Shown: positions 49,464 to 60,465 of the stretch, piece by piece
How positions within the stretch are numbered: the stretch's first letter is position 1
Layout: each line of letters opens with the position of its first letter
Program-made: the position numbers and the translations under genes
The notes under the pieces: generated by a model
Database searches by the model: none
Told to the model about the DNA's origin: nothing
What the model saw: the letters and a program-made list of their open reading frames with translations, nothing else
From: Candidatus Bathyarchaeota archaeon
GTDB lineage: Archaea; Thermoproteota; Bathyarchaeia; Bathyarchaeales; Bathycorpusculaceae
Direction of reading: 5' to 3'
Assembly (NCBI GenBank): GCA_963833575.1
Contig: CAWHXY010000007.1
Location: 224,001-288,000 of the forward strand
Length of the DNA: 64,000 nt

Positions 49464-51188
49464 TTGATCCATGAATATGACGTTGTGGTTGTTGGCGGCG
49501 GAATCGCAGGATTATATACTGCATTAACTGCAGCTGAAAATTGTCGAGTTGCCGTGGTTAGTAAAGTGCATGTTACACGTTCCCATTCAGTTGCTGCGCA
49601 AGGAGGAATAGCAGCTAGCCTTGGAAACGAAGAAGAGGACCATTGGGAATGGCACATGTACGACACGGTTAAAGGCAGCGATTATCTGGCAGATCAAGAC
49701 GCAGTTGAAATTTTGGCTGAAGAAGCACCAAAAGCCATAATCTCCCTTGAAAACATGGGCGTGCCATTTACCCGTAACCTACAGGGCAAAATTGAGCAAC
49801 GCACATTTGGAGGACACACAAGAAATTACGGGCAGGCACCTGTTAAACGGGCATGTTACGTTTCTGATCGCACGGGCAGAGCAATAATGGATACGCTCTA
49901 TGATCGTTGCCAAACCGTAGGCGTAGACTTTTTCAATGAAGTATTTATTTTGAAGCTATTGTTTTCAGGCGAGCATTGTTGCGGCGTTGCGGGCTACGAT
50001 ATAGCCACAGGCAAACCCGAGGTTTTTCATGCAAAAGCAGTCGTGTTAGCTACTGGTGGAAGCGGCAAAATCTTCAAAACCACATCGAACGGGTTTGCGT
50101 CGACAGCCGATGGTTTCGCATTGGCAATGGATTCTCTTATTCCAATCGAAGACATGGAGTTTGTTCAGTTTCACCCCACAGGCATTTACGGTCTTGGAAT
50201 CCTCATAAGCGAGGCGGCTCGTGCTGAAGGGGGAGTGCTACGGAACGGCAATGGCGAGCGTTTTATGGAGCGTTATGCGCCGACCTTGAAGGATTTGGCT
50301 CCGAGAGACATTATTTCAAGAGCAATCTTAACTGAGATAATGGAAGGCAGAGGCGTGGAAGGTAAAGACTTTGTACATCTCGACCTGACACAAATTGGCA
50401 AAGAAAAATTAATGGAAAAGCTGCCTGAAATCTCATCTTTCGTTGAGACTTATTTAGGAATTGATCCAGGGGAAACGCATATTCCTGTTGCTCCAACTTG
50501 CCACTACATGATGGGTGGAATCCCCACTGATTATGAAGGACACGTTTTAAATGGCAAAGCGGAAACTGTCCTGCCTGGTCTTTTCGCTGTTGGTGAATGC
50601 GCATGTGTTAGCGTTCACGGAGCAAACCGTTTAGGATGTAACTCGCTAATTGACTTAGTCGTTTTTGGAAGCAGAACCGGCATGAGCGTCGCTAAGCACG
50701 CAGAAGAAAAAGATTTGCCGTCCCTTCCCCAGCAAGCTGAGAACATTGTGCTTGACAAAGTTAATCTTTTATTATCTTCTGATGGGAATGAGCGTGTACC
50801 CGTTTTGCGTGCGGCATTACAGTGTATAATGACTGAGAAATGTAGTGTTTTCAGAAATGGTGATAAACTTGAACAAGCGCTAGATCAAGTCTGTCAACTA
50901 GAAAAGAGGATGCTCAACATTGGCTTAGACAATAAAGGCAAGGTATTCAACTATGAGCTTCAAGAGGCGCTAGAGCTAGGTAATATGCTGAAAACCGCGA
51001 GAGCAATAGTTTTTTCCGCTCTTCAGCGAAAAGAAAGCCGTGGTTCCCATTACCGCAACGATTACCCAGAAAGAAACGACCAAGATAGACCAAGACATAC
51101 TTTAGTTAACATGACGCCAGACGGGCTTAAAGTCACTTATAAACCCGCATCTATCACGCGGTTTACGCCTGAAAAACGGAGATACTAA
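49464..51188 (+). CDS. sdhA: Succinate dehydrogenase/fumarate reductase flavoprotein
   Basis: GGGIAG, RSHSVAAQGG, QFHPTG, HY.MGG, HGANRLG, ESRGSH. Confidence 0.93.
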   Translation: MIHEYDVVVVGGGIAGLYTALTAAENCRVAVVSKVHVTRSHSVAAQGGIAASLGNEEEDHWEWHMYDTVKGSDYLADQDAVEILAEEAPKAIISLENMGVPFTRNLQGKIEQRTFGGHTRNYGQAPVKRACYVSDRTGRAIMDTLYDRCQTVGVDFFNEVFILKLLFSGEHCCGVAGYDIATGKPEVFHAKAVVLATGGSGKIFKTTSNGFASTADGFALAMDSLIPIEDMEFVQFHPTGIYGLGILISEAARAEGGVLRNGNGERFMERYAPTLKDLAPRDIISRAILTEIMEGRGVEGKDFVHLDLTQIGKEKLMEKLPEISSFVETYLGIDPGETHIPVAPTCHYMMGGIPTDYEGHVLNGKAETVLPGLFAVGECACVSVHGANRLGCNSLIDLVVFGSRTGMSVAKHAEEKDLPSLPQQAENIVLDKVNLLLSSDGNERVPVLRAALQCIMTEKCSVFRNGDKLEQALDQVCQLEKRMLNIGLDNKGKVFNYELQEALELGNMLKTARAIVFSALQRKESRGSHYRNDYPERNDQDRPRHTLVNMTPDGLKVTYKPASITRFTPEKRRY

Positions 51189-51189
51189 C

Positions 51190-51915
51190 ATGAAAGTTAC
51201 ATTGAAGGTTTATCGTTTTAACCCTGAAACCGACTTGGAACCACACTACGACATTTTCAAAGTTGAAGCCAACCTCAAAGATCGAATCCTTGATTGTCTA
51301 AACAAAATCAGGTGGGAACAGGACAGCAGTTTAGCTTATAGGCTGTCTTGCGCTCATGGAATTTGCGGTTCAGATGCAGTAAGTATCAATGGCATACCTG
51401 CTTTAGCCTGCCAAAAACTAATCAGAGACTATGATTATACGCAGGAGCTTGTGATTGAACCGCTAAAATTTTTCCCAGTAACTAAAGACCTAATTGTAGA
51501 CATGGCGCCTTTCTTTGAAAGGATAAAATCCATACACCCAAACCATCCGTCACAAACCCTTGATGCGCCACAAGAAAAAGAACGTCTTCAAAGTATTGAG
51601 GAACGCGGCAAAATCGACGGCGCCATCAAGTGTATACTGTGTGGCTGTTGCGTGGCTGCTTGCCCAGTTATCCTGGAGCAAGAGCAAAGATTCATCGGTC
51701 CCGCCGCCATCTTAAGATCGCAAAAATACATTTTTGACTCTCGATCAACCGGTGTAATTGAGCGGATGCAGGTTATGGAGAAGCCCTATGGAATTTGGGG
51801 CTGCAAAAGCTACTTCATGTGCACAATTGTATGTCCGAAGAAAATTAAAGTAACAGAACAGATACTAAAGACTAAGAAGAAAATAATTCAGGAACTTCAT
51901 CCTAAAAGCGAGTAA
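51190..51915 (+). CDS. sdhB: Succinate dehydrogenase/fumarate reductase Fe-S subunit
   Basis: CAHGICGSD...LAC, CILCGCC...CP, C.....C...CP. Confidence 0.93.
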   Translation: MKVTLKVYRFNPETDLEPHYDIFKVEANLKDRILDCLNKIRWEQDSSLAYRLSCAHGICGSDAVSINGIPALACQKLIRDYDYTQELVIEPLKFFPVTKDLIVDMAPFFERIKSIHPNHPSQTLDAPQEKERLQSIEERGKIDGAIKCILCGCCVAACPVILEQEQRFIGPAAILRSQKYIFDSRSTGVIERMQVMEKPYGIWGCKSYFMCTIVCPKKIKVTEQILKTKKKIIQELHPKSE

Positions 51916-51930
51916 AGAGATCTGAAGTAA

Positions 51931-53334
51931 ATGGATACAAGAAAAGAGATTGATCCTTTAGGTGAGAAAGCAATTCCTAAAGACGCTTATTATGGGATTC
52001 AAACGCTTCGGGCAACCGAAAATTTTCCTGTAAGCGGAATCAAAGCACCTCTGCCGTTCATTAAAGCATATGTCCTTGTGAAAAAGTCAGCGGCCATTGC
52101 AAACGCTCAATTGGGTTGCTTGGAAGAGAAGAAGGCAAAAGCAATCATTCAAGCATGTAACGAATTGTTGGCAGGCAAACTTGTCGACCAATTTGTCGTT
52201 GACATTTTTCAAGCAGGTGCTGGCACATCTTTTAACATGAATGTCAATGAGGTTTTGGCGAACCGAGCGCTGGAAATTTTGGGCAGAGCCAAAGGCGAAT
52301 ACAAAACTGTGAGCCCGAACGACCATGTAAATTTAGGGCAGTCTACTAATGACACGTTTCCTACAGCACTTCACGTTTCAGTTCTCATGTCTTTGCAACC
52401 GTTGCTTTCTACGCTCAATGAGTTAGCTGATGCGTTTTACGTTTTAGGTAAAAAATATGCTCATTTGTTAAAATCGGGAAGGACACATCTCCAAGATGCT
52501 GTGCCAGTGACGATAGGTCAAGAATTCAGTGCCTACGGTTCGGCAATTGCTAATGCTTGTGCAGAGCTGAGGAAAAGACAAGAAAACTTGTATTCTGTAG
52601 CTTTAGGCGGCACAGCAGTTGGAACTGGAGCTAATTCACACCCTAACTACAAACTCCTCGCAATAGCAGAATTAGGTAGAATGACTGGTTTCCCACTTAA
52701 GGCGGCATCAAACAATTTTGAAGCCCTCCAAAGTCAAAGGCCAGCACAGACGGTTTCAAGTAGTCTTAAAGAATTGGCTCTTGAGCTTACCAGAATTGCA
52801 AATGACCTGCGCCTTCTCGCTTCCGGCCCTACAACTGGCTTGAACGAGATTGTGCTTCCGCCTGTCCAACCTGGATCATCTATTATGCCGGGAAAAGTGA
52901 ACCCAGTAATGGCCGAATGCTTAGACATGGTGGCGTATCAAGTAGTTGGAAATGATTTGGCGACATCCTTAGCGGTTCAAGCTGGGCAATTGGAACTCAA
53001 CGTTATGACCCCAACGATCATGTATAACATACTGTTCTCAATTCAAATCCTAACCAACTACATTCCAGTTTTTACAGCAAAATGCGTCAGAGGCATAACC
53101 GTAAACGAGAAACAATGCAGTCAATTCTTGGAAAAGAACCCATCCTTAGCCACACTTCTATCACCCTACATCGGCTATTTGGAAGCAGCAAAGATCGCCA
53201 AACAAGCTCAAGCAGAAAACCGCTCAATCAAAGAAATAGCGTTAGAAAAGAAACTTCTTAAATCAGAAGATATCGAAAAAATATTTAACCATAAAAATCT
53301 GCTAAACGAACAATCAAATAAAATTAAAGACTAA
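51931..53334 (+). CDS. aspA: Aspartate ammonia-lyase / class II fumarase family (AspA-like)
   Basis: YYGIQT.RA.ENF, GAGTS.NMN, GRTHLQDA, GSSIMPGKVNP, GQLELNVM. Confidence 0.75.
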   Translation: MDTRKEIDPLGEKAIPKDAYYGIQTLRATENFPVSGIKAPLPFIKAYVLVKKSAAIANAQLGCLEEKKAKAIIQACNELLAGKLVDQFVVDIFQAGAGTSFNMNVNEVLANRALEILGRAKGEYKTVSPNDHVNLGQSTNDTFPTALHVSVLMSLQPLLSTLNELADAFYVLGKKYAHLLKSGRTHLQDAVPVTIGQEFSAYGSAIANACAELRKRQENLYSVALGGTAVGTGANSHPNYKLLAIAELGRMTGFPLKAASNNFEALQSQRPAQTVSSSLKELALELTRIANDLRLLASGPTTGLNEIVLPPVQPGSSIMPGKVNPVMAECLDMVAYQVVGNDLATSLAVQAGQLELNVMTPTIMYNILFSIQILTNYIPVFTAKCVRGITVNEKQCSQFLEKNPSLATLLSPYIGYLEAAKIAKQAQAENRSIKEIALEKKLLKSEDIEKIFNHKNLLNEQSNKIKD

Positions 53335-53436
53335 GTGACTAATAACTAAATTCTTTAGCCAAAAGACCGCAATTAAGATATGACTATCTTAGTTGTCAAA
53401 GACTTTGAACAAAAAGTTCTTTGATCATGTTGAAAG

Positions 53437-54831
53437 TTAACCTGACGTGCCGAAGCCGCTTACTGTGACTCCAACATTTGATGAGCTAGAGCTTGATTGT
53501 GCATCAACAACGATAGCCCAAATTATATCCTGCGAAGGATACAACTGCATTAAATCGTCATTACTCAACCATACGGAACTACTATTAGTAAATGTCTTAG
53601 CTACGCCGGCGGACATAACATTATCAACAAACTCCAACCGAATCCTAACAGTAACAACTTCATTTGTTTGGAAATTGCCAGTAACCTGAATTTTAGGTGT
53701 GAAACTAAAGATTTTAAGAGGAAGCATCTGAATAGTTGCGTTTGTCCCATACTGACCGCTTAAGCCTATGGGTACATTCACGTTTTGTCTTTCAAAAGCA
53801 GTCGAAGCTCCTGAAATCCATATTCCATAGGGGTTATGAATCATTGCAGTTAAATTACCCAAAAAACTCACGCCGCTATCTAGTATAGGCGGATATTTAG
53901 CGGTTTGTCCAATGTCAATTGCGTAGATGTCGTTGGGTTGGTCAGTGAAGGATTCGAAAACCACTCCGACTAGGAGGGATTGAGTCATTGTTCCGTCAAG
54001 CAAAAGTCCAGTTTGATTTGTTACCCCATCTTCACCCATCCACACTCTAACATCTTGCAATTGACTGTCCGAAAACTCAGCCAATGGCTCCACATTAATG
54101 GCTACACTGTTGTCTCTAAGGTTAAAAAAGCAACGATCAATTTGGGAACTTGCATACGAGCCAGTTGCGGAACCCGTTGCATTGTCGGGTGGAGTTCGAA
54201 AAGTTATGCCTTCGGTTGCGTTGAAGAAGTTGCAATCTTCAATTTTGGTGTTTTCACTCCAAGTGTTTGTGTTGGCAATTTCAATGCCAATTGAGGTATT
54301 CTCGAAAATCACATTGGAAATTGTTGTTCCAAATGAGTTTTCAATTCTTACGGTTCCATTTATGATAGTTAAGCCTGAGATTGTTGCATATTGTGAATAG
54401 GTGTAGTTATCTCCTCTGATGGTAATTTTGTGGCCGTTTCCAATTATGATTGCTTGATCGCCGATGATTTTTGCATTTATTTTGTTTGAGACATTAACGT
54501 CCGAGGTTAAGGTGTACGTTCCAGCGTTGAGATAAACGCTGTTTCCCGTGTCAAGTGCGCTGTCAAGAATTAAAGAAACGCTTCCGCTATTTGTTATGGA
54601 GCCAGTTAACATATTTTTTAATTGATAATCAGTACTCGCTTTTGAAATAACAAAATTATATGGAACAGCTCCAACGGGTCCGCTGGTTCGTTCAAAAATC
54701 AGGAAAGTGTTGAATGCGGAGAAGGCAAGTAAAGCTACGAGAAAAATAATGATAAGGCGTTTAGAGAGAGTTATGTTAGAGTTAGCTTTCATCTTAAAGG
54801 CTCGGACAATTTGGAATACTGTATGAACCAT
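53437..54831 (-). CDS. N-terminally anchored beta-helix (pectin-lyase-like) surface protein
   Basis: TM signal anchor; VYLNAGTY, TISGLTI, WSENTKI repeats. Confidence 0.7.
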   Translation of the reverse strand: MVHTVFQIVRAFKMKANSNITLSKRLIIIFLVALLAFSAFNTFLIFERTSGPVGAVPYNFVISKASTDYQLKNMLTGSITNSGSVSLILDSALDTGNSVYLNAGTYTLTSDVNVSNKINAKIIGDQAIIIGNGHKITIRGDNYTYSQYATISGLTIINGTVRIENSFGTTISNVIFENTSIGIEIANTNTWSENTKIEDCNFFNATEGITFRTPPDNATGSATGSYASSQIDRCFFNLRDNSVAINVEPLAEFSDSQLQDVRVWMGEDGVTNQTGLLLDGTMTQSLLVGVVFESFTDQPNDIYAIDIGQTAKYPPILDSGVSFLGNLTAMIHNPYGIWISGASTAFERQNVNVPIGLSGQYGTNATIQMLPLKIFSFTPKIQVTGNFQTNEVVTVRIRLEFVDNVMSAGVAKTFTNSSSVWLSNDDLMQLYPSQDIIWAIVVDAQSSSSSSNVGVTVSGFGTSG

Positions 54832-54999
54832 CGTTAATAAAATTTTATGGAATCACGCATGCGAAGATAAGGTATAGGATAGTTGACAATCGGTGGAAAT
54901 AATTTTTTCGAGAAAAAAATATTAATTCAACTTGGCGTTTTGATAAAAAAACTTCTTTTAAAAACATGTTAAGTCAATCTTAAGCGAGCAATAAGCAGA

Positions 55000-55296
55000 T
55001 TAGAGTTTCACTATTTGCGCATGAGGTATGCCCTCGATTTTTATCACTGCTTCAGGATGCACGTAACCTTTTGATATTGCTTTTTCAACGCATGCTTGCC
55101 CTACAAGGTTTACTATAGTAGAGTTATCAATCATGCTCATGGCTTCTTCAACTGTTGCTTTTCGACCATTATAAAACTCATCTTTAATATGGAAAACAAT
55201 TTTGCCTTCTCGAAGTGTCTTGCCAAGTAGGTCGCTGTCGCAAACAGCTAACAACACGTTTCTGCCGACTTGTTTTAGGTTTACGTAGACTTCCAT
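55000..55296 (-). CDS. DUF424 family protein
   Basis: LAVCD..LLGK, FY.G, NLVG. Confidence 0.9.
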   Translation of the reverse strand: MEVYVNLKQVGRNVLLAVCDSDLLGKTLREGKIVFHIKDEFYNGRKATVEEAMSMIDNSTIVNLVGQACVEKAISKGYVHPEAVIKIEGIPHAQIVKL

Positions 55297-55308
55297 TTTT
55301 TAGCTCTC

Positions 55309-55728
55309 TCAAAGCTGTTTAATTGATGATTTTGCGCCGCAAGCATTACATACCAAAAACGAAAGCCGTTTTTCCTTAACAATTCGAGTATCTGGCCGCT
55401 TGCAAACGGGACAAATTACATAACTCTCCAAATACCGTTGCAGTAAACGTTCAAAACTATCGCCGCGAAATTTTCCTTGGAAAATTGCTCTTGAATCTTG
55501 AAAAGTCGCTGCGGTAGCCATTTCTCTTGTTAAGAACTTTAATATGTGCTGAGGATCACGATCTAAAGCTTCAGCAACATCCTTAAAATTGGAAATAATC
55601 GTTCGCATTCCAACTGTGTTAACATATAATCTTGGTAATTCTAAACGTTCACGTTTCGCAGAGACTTCGGGCATTTGTGCGCACGCTTTCTTTAGCAGTT
55701 CGTCGTAATTGAAGGACATATTTCGCAT
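55309..55728 (-). CDS. eif2b: Translation initiation factor aIF-2 beta
   Basis: TIISNF, L.R...H..KFL, CPVCKRPDT, CNACGA. Confidence 0.96.
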   Translation of the reverse strand: MRNMSFNYDELLKKACAQMPEVSAKRERLELPRLYVNTVGMRTIISNFKDVAEALDRDPQHILKFLTREMATAATFQDSRAIFQGKFRGDSFERLLQRYLESYVICPVCKRPDTRIVKEKRLSFLVCNACGAKSSIKQL

Positions 55729-55876
55729 CTCACCAAATCATTATGCTATGATCTATTTAAAAATTCTAATGCGAAGAGCATTAATTGATATGGGATCTCA
55801 TATTTTCTATTGACAACTAATATAAATTCGAAGGTAACAATCATCATAAGCTTGAGCTTACATATGGGGCTATCTA

Positions 55877-56848
55877 ATGAGCAATGAACAAAAAACCATC
55901 AGGATAGAGGACATTAATCAGCAAATCGAAAAACTTAGGAAGCAAGCTGAAACAGCTGCGGTCCAAATCACGAAACACATTGAGCAACGAAATCAGTTGA
56001 ACGACTTAGTAAAGAAAAGCCATCAAGAAATCAATGACTTAAAAACTGAGCGGGATAGCATAAATGAAAAAGTTAAGCTGCTAAAGATGCAAAGAGACGA
56101 AATCAGAGCAAAGGCCACACCTATCATAGAACAAATCAATGTTAGAAAAGAAAAAATTGCAGAATACAAAAAGAAAGTACCACGCGAAAGACAACAGGAC
56201 TTACAGCAAGAACTTGAAGCAATAGAATGGAAGATTCAGACAACATCTCTTGATTTACAAGAAGAAAAACGGATGATTGAGAATGTTAAAGAGCTGGAAA
56301 CTCTTCTCAGTGCATACAAAAAAATCGATAAACAAAATTCGAAAATTAAGGACTTAATAATTCAAAAGAAAGCCATTGAAGATGAAGCGGACGTATTTCA
56401 CAATGAATTAACTGATCTAGCAAAAAAGAGTCAAGATTTACATACAAAAATGATCGAAAAAGTCAACGCTGTCAAAATAAGCAGGGCCCAAGCTGACGGT
56501 CTTCATCAAGCGTATGTTAAGACAAAAGAAGAAATTTTAGGCATGCAGGTGAAAATTGCAGAGCTAACTGGACAGTTACGCGGTTTGAAAACTGCATTGT
56601 ATGAGGAAGAAAAAATCCGAAGATTGGCGTCTCAGCAAGCTTATAGGGAAAGACAGAATGCATATAAAGAAAGAGAAAAAGCTGCGGAAGAACAACAACA
56701 GGTTGTCAAAGAAAAGCAACAGGCTATTAAAGAGAAACTTGGGGCTGAGGCTAAAGAAAAATTGAAAAAAGGCGAAAAATTAAGTTGGAATGAGTTTCAG
56801 CTTGCTTTAGGCGACGATCCTGAAGAAGACTCTGAGACCAAAAATTAA
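55877..56848 (+). CDS. Archaeal long coiled-coil protein
   Basis: Heptad K/E/Q-rich; IEWKIQTT.L...EE, LKKGEKLS.NEF. Confidence 0.8.
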   Translation: MSNEQKTIRIEDINQQIEKLRKQAETAAVQITKHIEQRNQLNDLVKKSHQEINDLKTERDSINEKVKLLKMQRDEIRAKATPIIEQINVRKEKIAEYKKKVPRERQQDLQQELEAIEWKIQTTSLDLQEEKRMIENVKELETLLSAYKKIDKQNSKIKDLIIQKKAIEDEADVFHNELTDLAKKSQDLHTKMIEKVNAVKISRAQADGLHQAYVKTKEEILGMQVKIAELTGQLRGLKTALYEEEKIRRLASQQAYRERQNAYKEREKAAEEQQQVVKEKQQAIKEKLGAEAKEKLKKGEKLSWNEFQLALGDDPEEDSETKN

Positions 56849-56878
56849 AGTTACCTTACACAGTATGATGGGAATAGA

Positions 56879-58132
56879 GTGAGGATGGCTAAAAAGGAAA
56901 CGCAAGAAGCAACGCAAAAACGTATCCTAATTTTATGTGTTGATAGAGATGGCGATTTAGAAGTTAAGGCAGGAGTAAAAACACCGCTTCTTGGAAGAAC
57001 CGCAAACTTAGACGGGGCAGTTTCCTTAGCTTTAAGAGACCCAGAAGAACCAGATGCGAACGCCATGTTTGAGGCGGTCCGACTATATGACAGATTGCAA
57101 AACGAAAAGCAACCTGAAGAAATTTTTGAAGTCGCCACAATATCTGGTTCTGATTTAGGCGGAGTTAGCGCGGACCGAAAATTAGTCTCTGAACTAAATA
57201 ATTTACTTGAGACTTTTAGTGCCAAGGAAGTAATTTTGGTTAGTGATGGTTATTCTGATGAAGCAATATTGCCTCTTGTTGAATCCAGAGTACCGGTTTC
57301 TTCAGTCCGTCGAATCGTAATCAAACATAGTGAATCAATTGAAGAGACAGCGGCACTTTTTACAAAATATATGAAGTTGCTAGTCGATAATCCAAGATAT
57401 GCCCGCCTAGCATTGGGTTTGCCGGGCTTATTGGTTTTTATTTTCGGTATCCTTTGGGCTATCAATAACTACGTTTATCCCGGCGCTATTTATTATTACG
57501 GCATAGCAATCGTAATTGTCATTGGCGGTTACTTACTCATCAAAGGCTTTGGCATTGACAGATCAGCTAAAGACGCCTATAAGTGGGTAAGAGAATATTC
57601 ACCACCATCAATACCGATTCAATTTTCAAATTACACAATTTTCGCTGGAATTTTATGCGTTGCAGTTAGTGTTTACCTTGGAATAGCATACGTTTCTCTT
57701 AATGCGGGACCATTTCCAAATAATTTAACCGGCTGGATTTCTACTACGCCTAAAATAGCAACTTTCTTTATAAAAGGTTTCCAAGACCTGTTAATCTCGG
57801 GTTTGATCATTGTTCTTTTTGGGCGAAGCGTGCGTCTATACATCGAAAGAGATTCAAGATTACTTCGCAATGTTGCTTTGATTGTTTTTGTTGCATGGTT
57901 TCGTTGGATTCTTGCAGCAACGGCAAACGTGATTTACAGCATATACTCCTCAAACGGACAGTCAATAATAGATTTCAATAACCAGAATTTTTCGATGTTT
58001 ATTTTTACAATAATAGTTGGCATTCTAATCGGCATTGCTTCTGTGCTTTTAATTTACATAGCTAGCAGATCCACTAAAAACTTCTTCCAACAGACTGAAA
58101 AGCAACCCGAAAAAAATCAAGCTTCAAAATAG
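56879..58132 (+). CDS. DUF373 family membrane protein
   Basis: LCVDRDGD, DPEE.DAN.MF, VSDG..DE. Confidence 0.9.
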   Translation: MRMAKKETQEATQKRILILCVDRDGDLEVKAGVKTPLLGRTANLDGAVSLALRDPEEPDANAMFEAVRLYDRLQNEKQPEEIFEVATISGSDLGGVSADRKLVSELNNLLETFSAKEVILVSDGYSDEAILPLVESRVPVSSVRRIVIKHSESIEETAALFTKYMKLLVDNPRYARLALGLPGLLVFIFGILWAINNYVYPGAIYYYGIAIVIVIGGYLLIKGFGIDRSAKDAYKWVREYSPPSIPIQFSNYTIFAGILCVAVSVYLGIAYVSLNAGPFPNNLTGWISTTPKIATFFIKGFQDLLISGLIIVLFGRSVRLYIERDSRLLRNVALIVFVAWFRWILAATANVIYSIYSSNGQSIIDFNNQNFSMFIFTIIVGILIGIASVLLIYIASRSTKNFFQQTEKQPEKNQASK

Positions 58133-58247
58133 TTTTGTCCAGAGTTTATTTTGAATTTTGGGGCAAGATTTAATTGAAACTATCAATGTTTAGACTATAA
58201 TGCATCTAGAAAATGCGTTGAACGTCTAAAATGCGAGGTCACGCTTA

Positions 58248-59045
58248 GTGCTAAAAAAAATGCTTTCTGTTATTGGCGCTTACAAAGTTTATGAGAAATG
58301 GCTTTGGCAACAAGTCAAAAGCGGAGTAAAGCCCGAACATATTGCTATAATTCTAGATGGCAATAGGCGTTGGGCAAACGAGCAGGAAGCTAAGCCTTTG
58401 TTGTTACAGGATAAATGGGGTCATGCTGAAGGTGCCGACACTGTTGAATTGCTTTTAGATTGGTGCCACCTTATTAACGTAAAATATGTTACACTCTATA
58501 CGTTTTCCACTGAGAATTTTGCGAGACACTCGGATGAAGTTGAAAAAATAATGCAGCTTGCTGATGAGAGATTCCGCAAGCTCCTAAAAGACGAGCGTTT
58601 ACATCGGGATAAGATTCATATTAAAGTTATGGGTAGAGTTAATTTGTTGCCTAAAAGTTTACAGGAAACCATCGCACTACTTGAAAAGGCGACTGCAGAT
58701 TATGATTCTTATTTCTGGAATTTCGCTTTCGCATATGGGGGCAGAGCTGAAATTGTTGATGCGACTAAACAGATTGCGATGAAAGTAAAAGACGGCGAAT
58801 TAGACGTGGATGATGTTACTGAAAGTACTTTCGAAAAGTACCTCTACACATCGCATATGGACAAGCAGGACCCTGACATGATAATTCGCACTTCAGGAGA
58901 GGAACGATTAAGCGGTTTCTTGCTTTGGCAAGCCGCCTACAGCGAACTTTTGTTTTTAGACGTATATTGGCCTGAATTCCGCCTGATCGACCTATTAAGA
59001 GCCATCAGGACTTTTCAGAACAGGAAACGTCGTTTCGGCTCTTAA
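58248..59045 (+). CDS. uppS: cis-prenyltransferase (polyprenyl diphosphate synthase)
   Basis: IILDGNRRW, FSTENF, YGGR.EI, RTSGEERLSGFLLWQ. Confidence 0.96.
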   Translation: MLKKMLSVIGAYKVYEKWLWQQVKSGVKPEHIAIILDGNRRWANEQEAKPLLLQDKWGHAEGADTVELLLDWCHLINVKYVTLYTFSTENFARHSDEVEKIMQLADERFRKLLKDERLHRDKIHIKVMGRVNLLPKSLQETIALLEKATADYDSYFWNFAFAYGGRAEIVDATKQIAMKVKDGELDVDDVTESTFEKYLYTSHMDKQDPDMIIRTSGEERLSGFLLWQAAYSELLFLDVYWPEFRLIDLLRAIRTFQNRKRRFGS

Positions 59046-59060
59046 ACAATAACTTCAAAA

Positions 59061-60284
59061 CTAAGTGCGCTTTTTGGCGCTAACTATTGAGATAACATCC
59101 CTGTCTTTCAAGATAGCATCTTCTCCAATTCTTCTTTTGTCACGCGCATCAACGGCGTAGATGAAGCTTTCGCCAAGCTCACTGTGAATTATGTAGGCGA
59201 ATTGTCTTGCCGTTGTTCCCTTTGGAATCAGGTAAGTGTCTGGCAGGACTCGGCCGTTATGATCTGAGAGATGTTCTAAATCTTCAACAGGATAGACTGT
59301 TATCATGTTGAGCAGTTTGAAGTAAGCCAAATTCATAGCGTTTTGGACGCCTGTAGACCCGTTTTTAACTAGCACTTTTTCTCGAATAGCTTCCAAAGCC
59401 TTAATTTGACCTGCGGACAATTTTTCTGACTGTGTTATCTTAAAGTCAGAGTCACCTGGTTTGTAATCGACTAATTGTTTCTCAGCTGCGCGTCTAAGCC
59501 CTAGTTCAGCTTCAGCCGAACATGGAATTACCATGTAATTAAGGTCTTTCATCCGTTTTAGATTCGCTTCGGCGGTTGGCAAATCAATCTTGTTTGCAAC
59601 TATGAGCATCGGTTTTGACATTTTTCTTAAAGTGTCAACAAATCTGTAAAAGTCTTCATCAGACCATGTGGTTGGTTTGTCTATGTTTAGGTTGGCGGTT
59701 CGGATTGCTTCAGCTACAAGTTGACGTCTTATGCCTAACCCTGTTAATCGGTCTTCAAGGGGCAGGGCAATGCCTTTTTTATCTGCTTCAGCTGTTCTAG
59801 CGATTTTTGACCAATCTTTTTTGAGGATGGTAACCATCCACATGGTTATTTCATGTTCAAGAAACTTAACATCTTCTAGCGGATCATGTTCACCTGGTTT
59901 GCATGAGCGTCCTTCGCAGTCGGTTCCCCCTGAAGCGTCAACTACGTGGACAAGTGCATCTGCTCTACGGATTTCGTCTAAGAATTGGTTGCCTAACCCG
60001 CGTCCTTCCCATGCACCGGGAACAATCCCTGCGATATCGATTAATTCGACTGGAACAAGCCTCACGCCATCAAGACAAAGTGAGTTTTTTGGGCTGTCTT
60101 TTACTTTGAATTCTTCATGAACACATTTTGTCCGTACGAAGCCGACGCCCCTGTTTGGTTTAATCGTAGTGAAAGGATAATTGGCTATTTCAGCAGCTAC
60201 TAGAGTAGCTGCGCTAAAGAATGTGGATTTGCCAGTGTTAGGCTTTCCAACTACACCAAGTAAACGCGAATAAGACCGTTGCAT
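59061..60284 (-). CDS. ychF: YchF/OLA1-family ATPase with TGS domain
   Basis: GKPNTGKST, ANYPFTTI.PN, DIAG, GLGNQFL, NKID. Confidence 0.92.
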   Translation of the reverse strand: MQRSYSRLLGVVGKPNTGKSTFFSAATLVAAEIANYPFTTIKPNRGVGFVRTKCVHEEFKVKDSPKNSLCLDGVRLVPVELIDIAGIVPGAWEGRGLGNQFLDEIRRADALVHVVDASGGTDCEGRSCKPGEHDPLEDVKFLEHEITMWMVTILKKDWSKIARTAEADKKGIALPLEDRLTGLGIRRQLVAEAIRTANLNIDKPTTWSDEDFYRFVDTLRKMSKPMLIVANKIDLPTAEANLKRMKDLNYMVIPCSAEAELGLRRAAEKQLVDYKPGDSDFKITQSEKLSAGQIKALEAIREKVLVKNGSTGVQNAMNLAYFKLLNMITVYPVEDLEHLSDHNGRVLPDTYLIPKGTTARQFAYIIHSELGESFIYAVDARDKRRIGEDAILKDRDVISIVSAKKRT

Positions 60285-60465
60285 TTGTCAAGTCACATAG
60301 TATAGTTGCTATTCATAATGCTATATTACTTACGCTTCCAAAGTCAAGTTAGTTGCTTGCGGGTTGTGTTCTACAAAAGACTGACATACCCAATTATCCG
60401 ACATAATAATAAACAACCGATGGATACCTATCAATATCCATATATCACGAAGCGATTGAAACAAA

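Noticed and set aside
53370-53395. CAATTAAGAT-ATGACT-ATCTTAGTTG dyad as a dif site
   Set aside because: Lacks the TAA/TTA bases next to the spacer typical of Xer sites; more likely a minor hairpin between convergent genes
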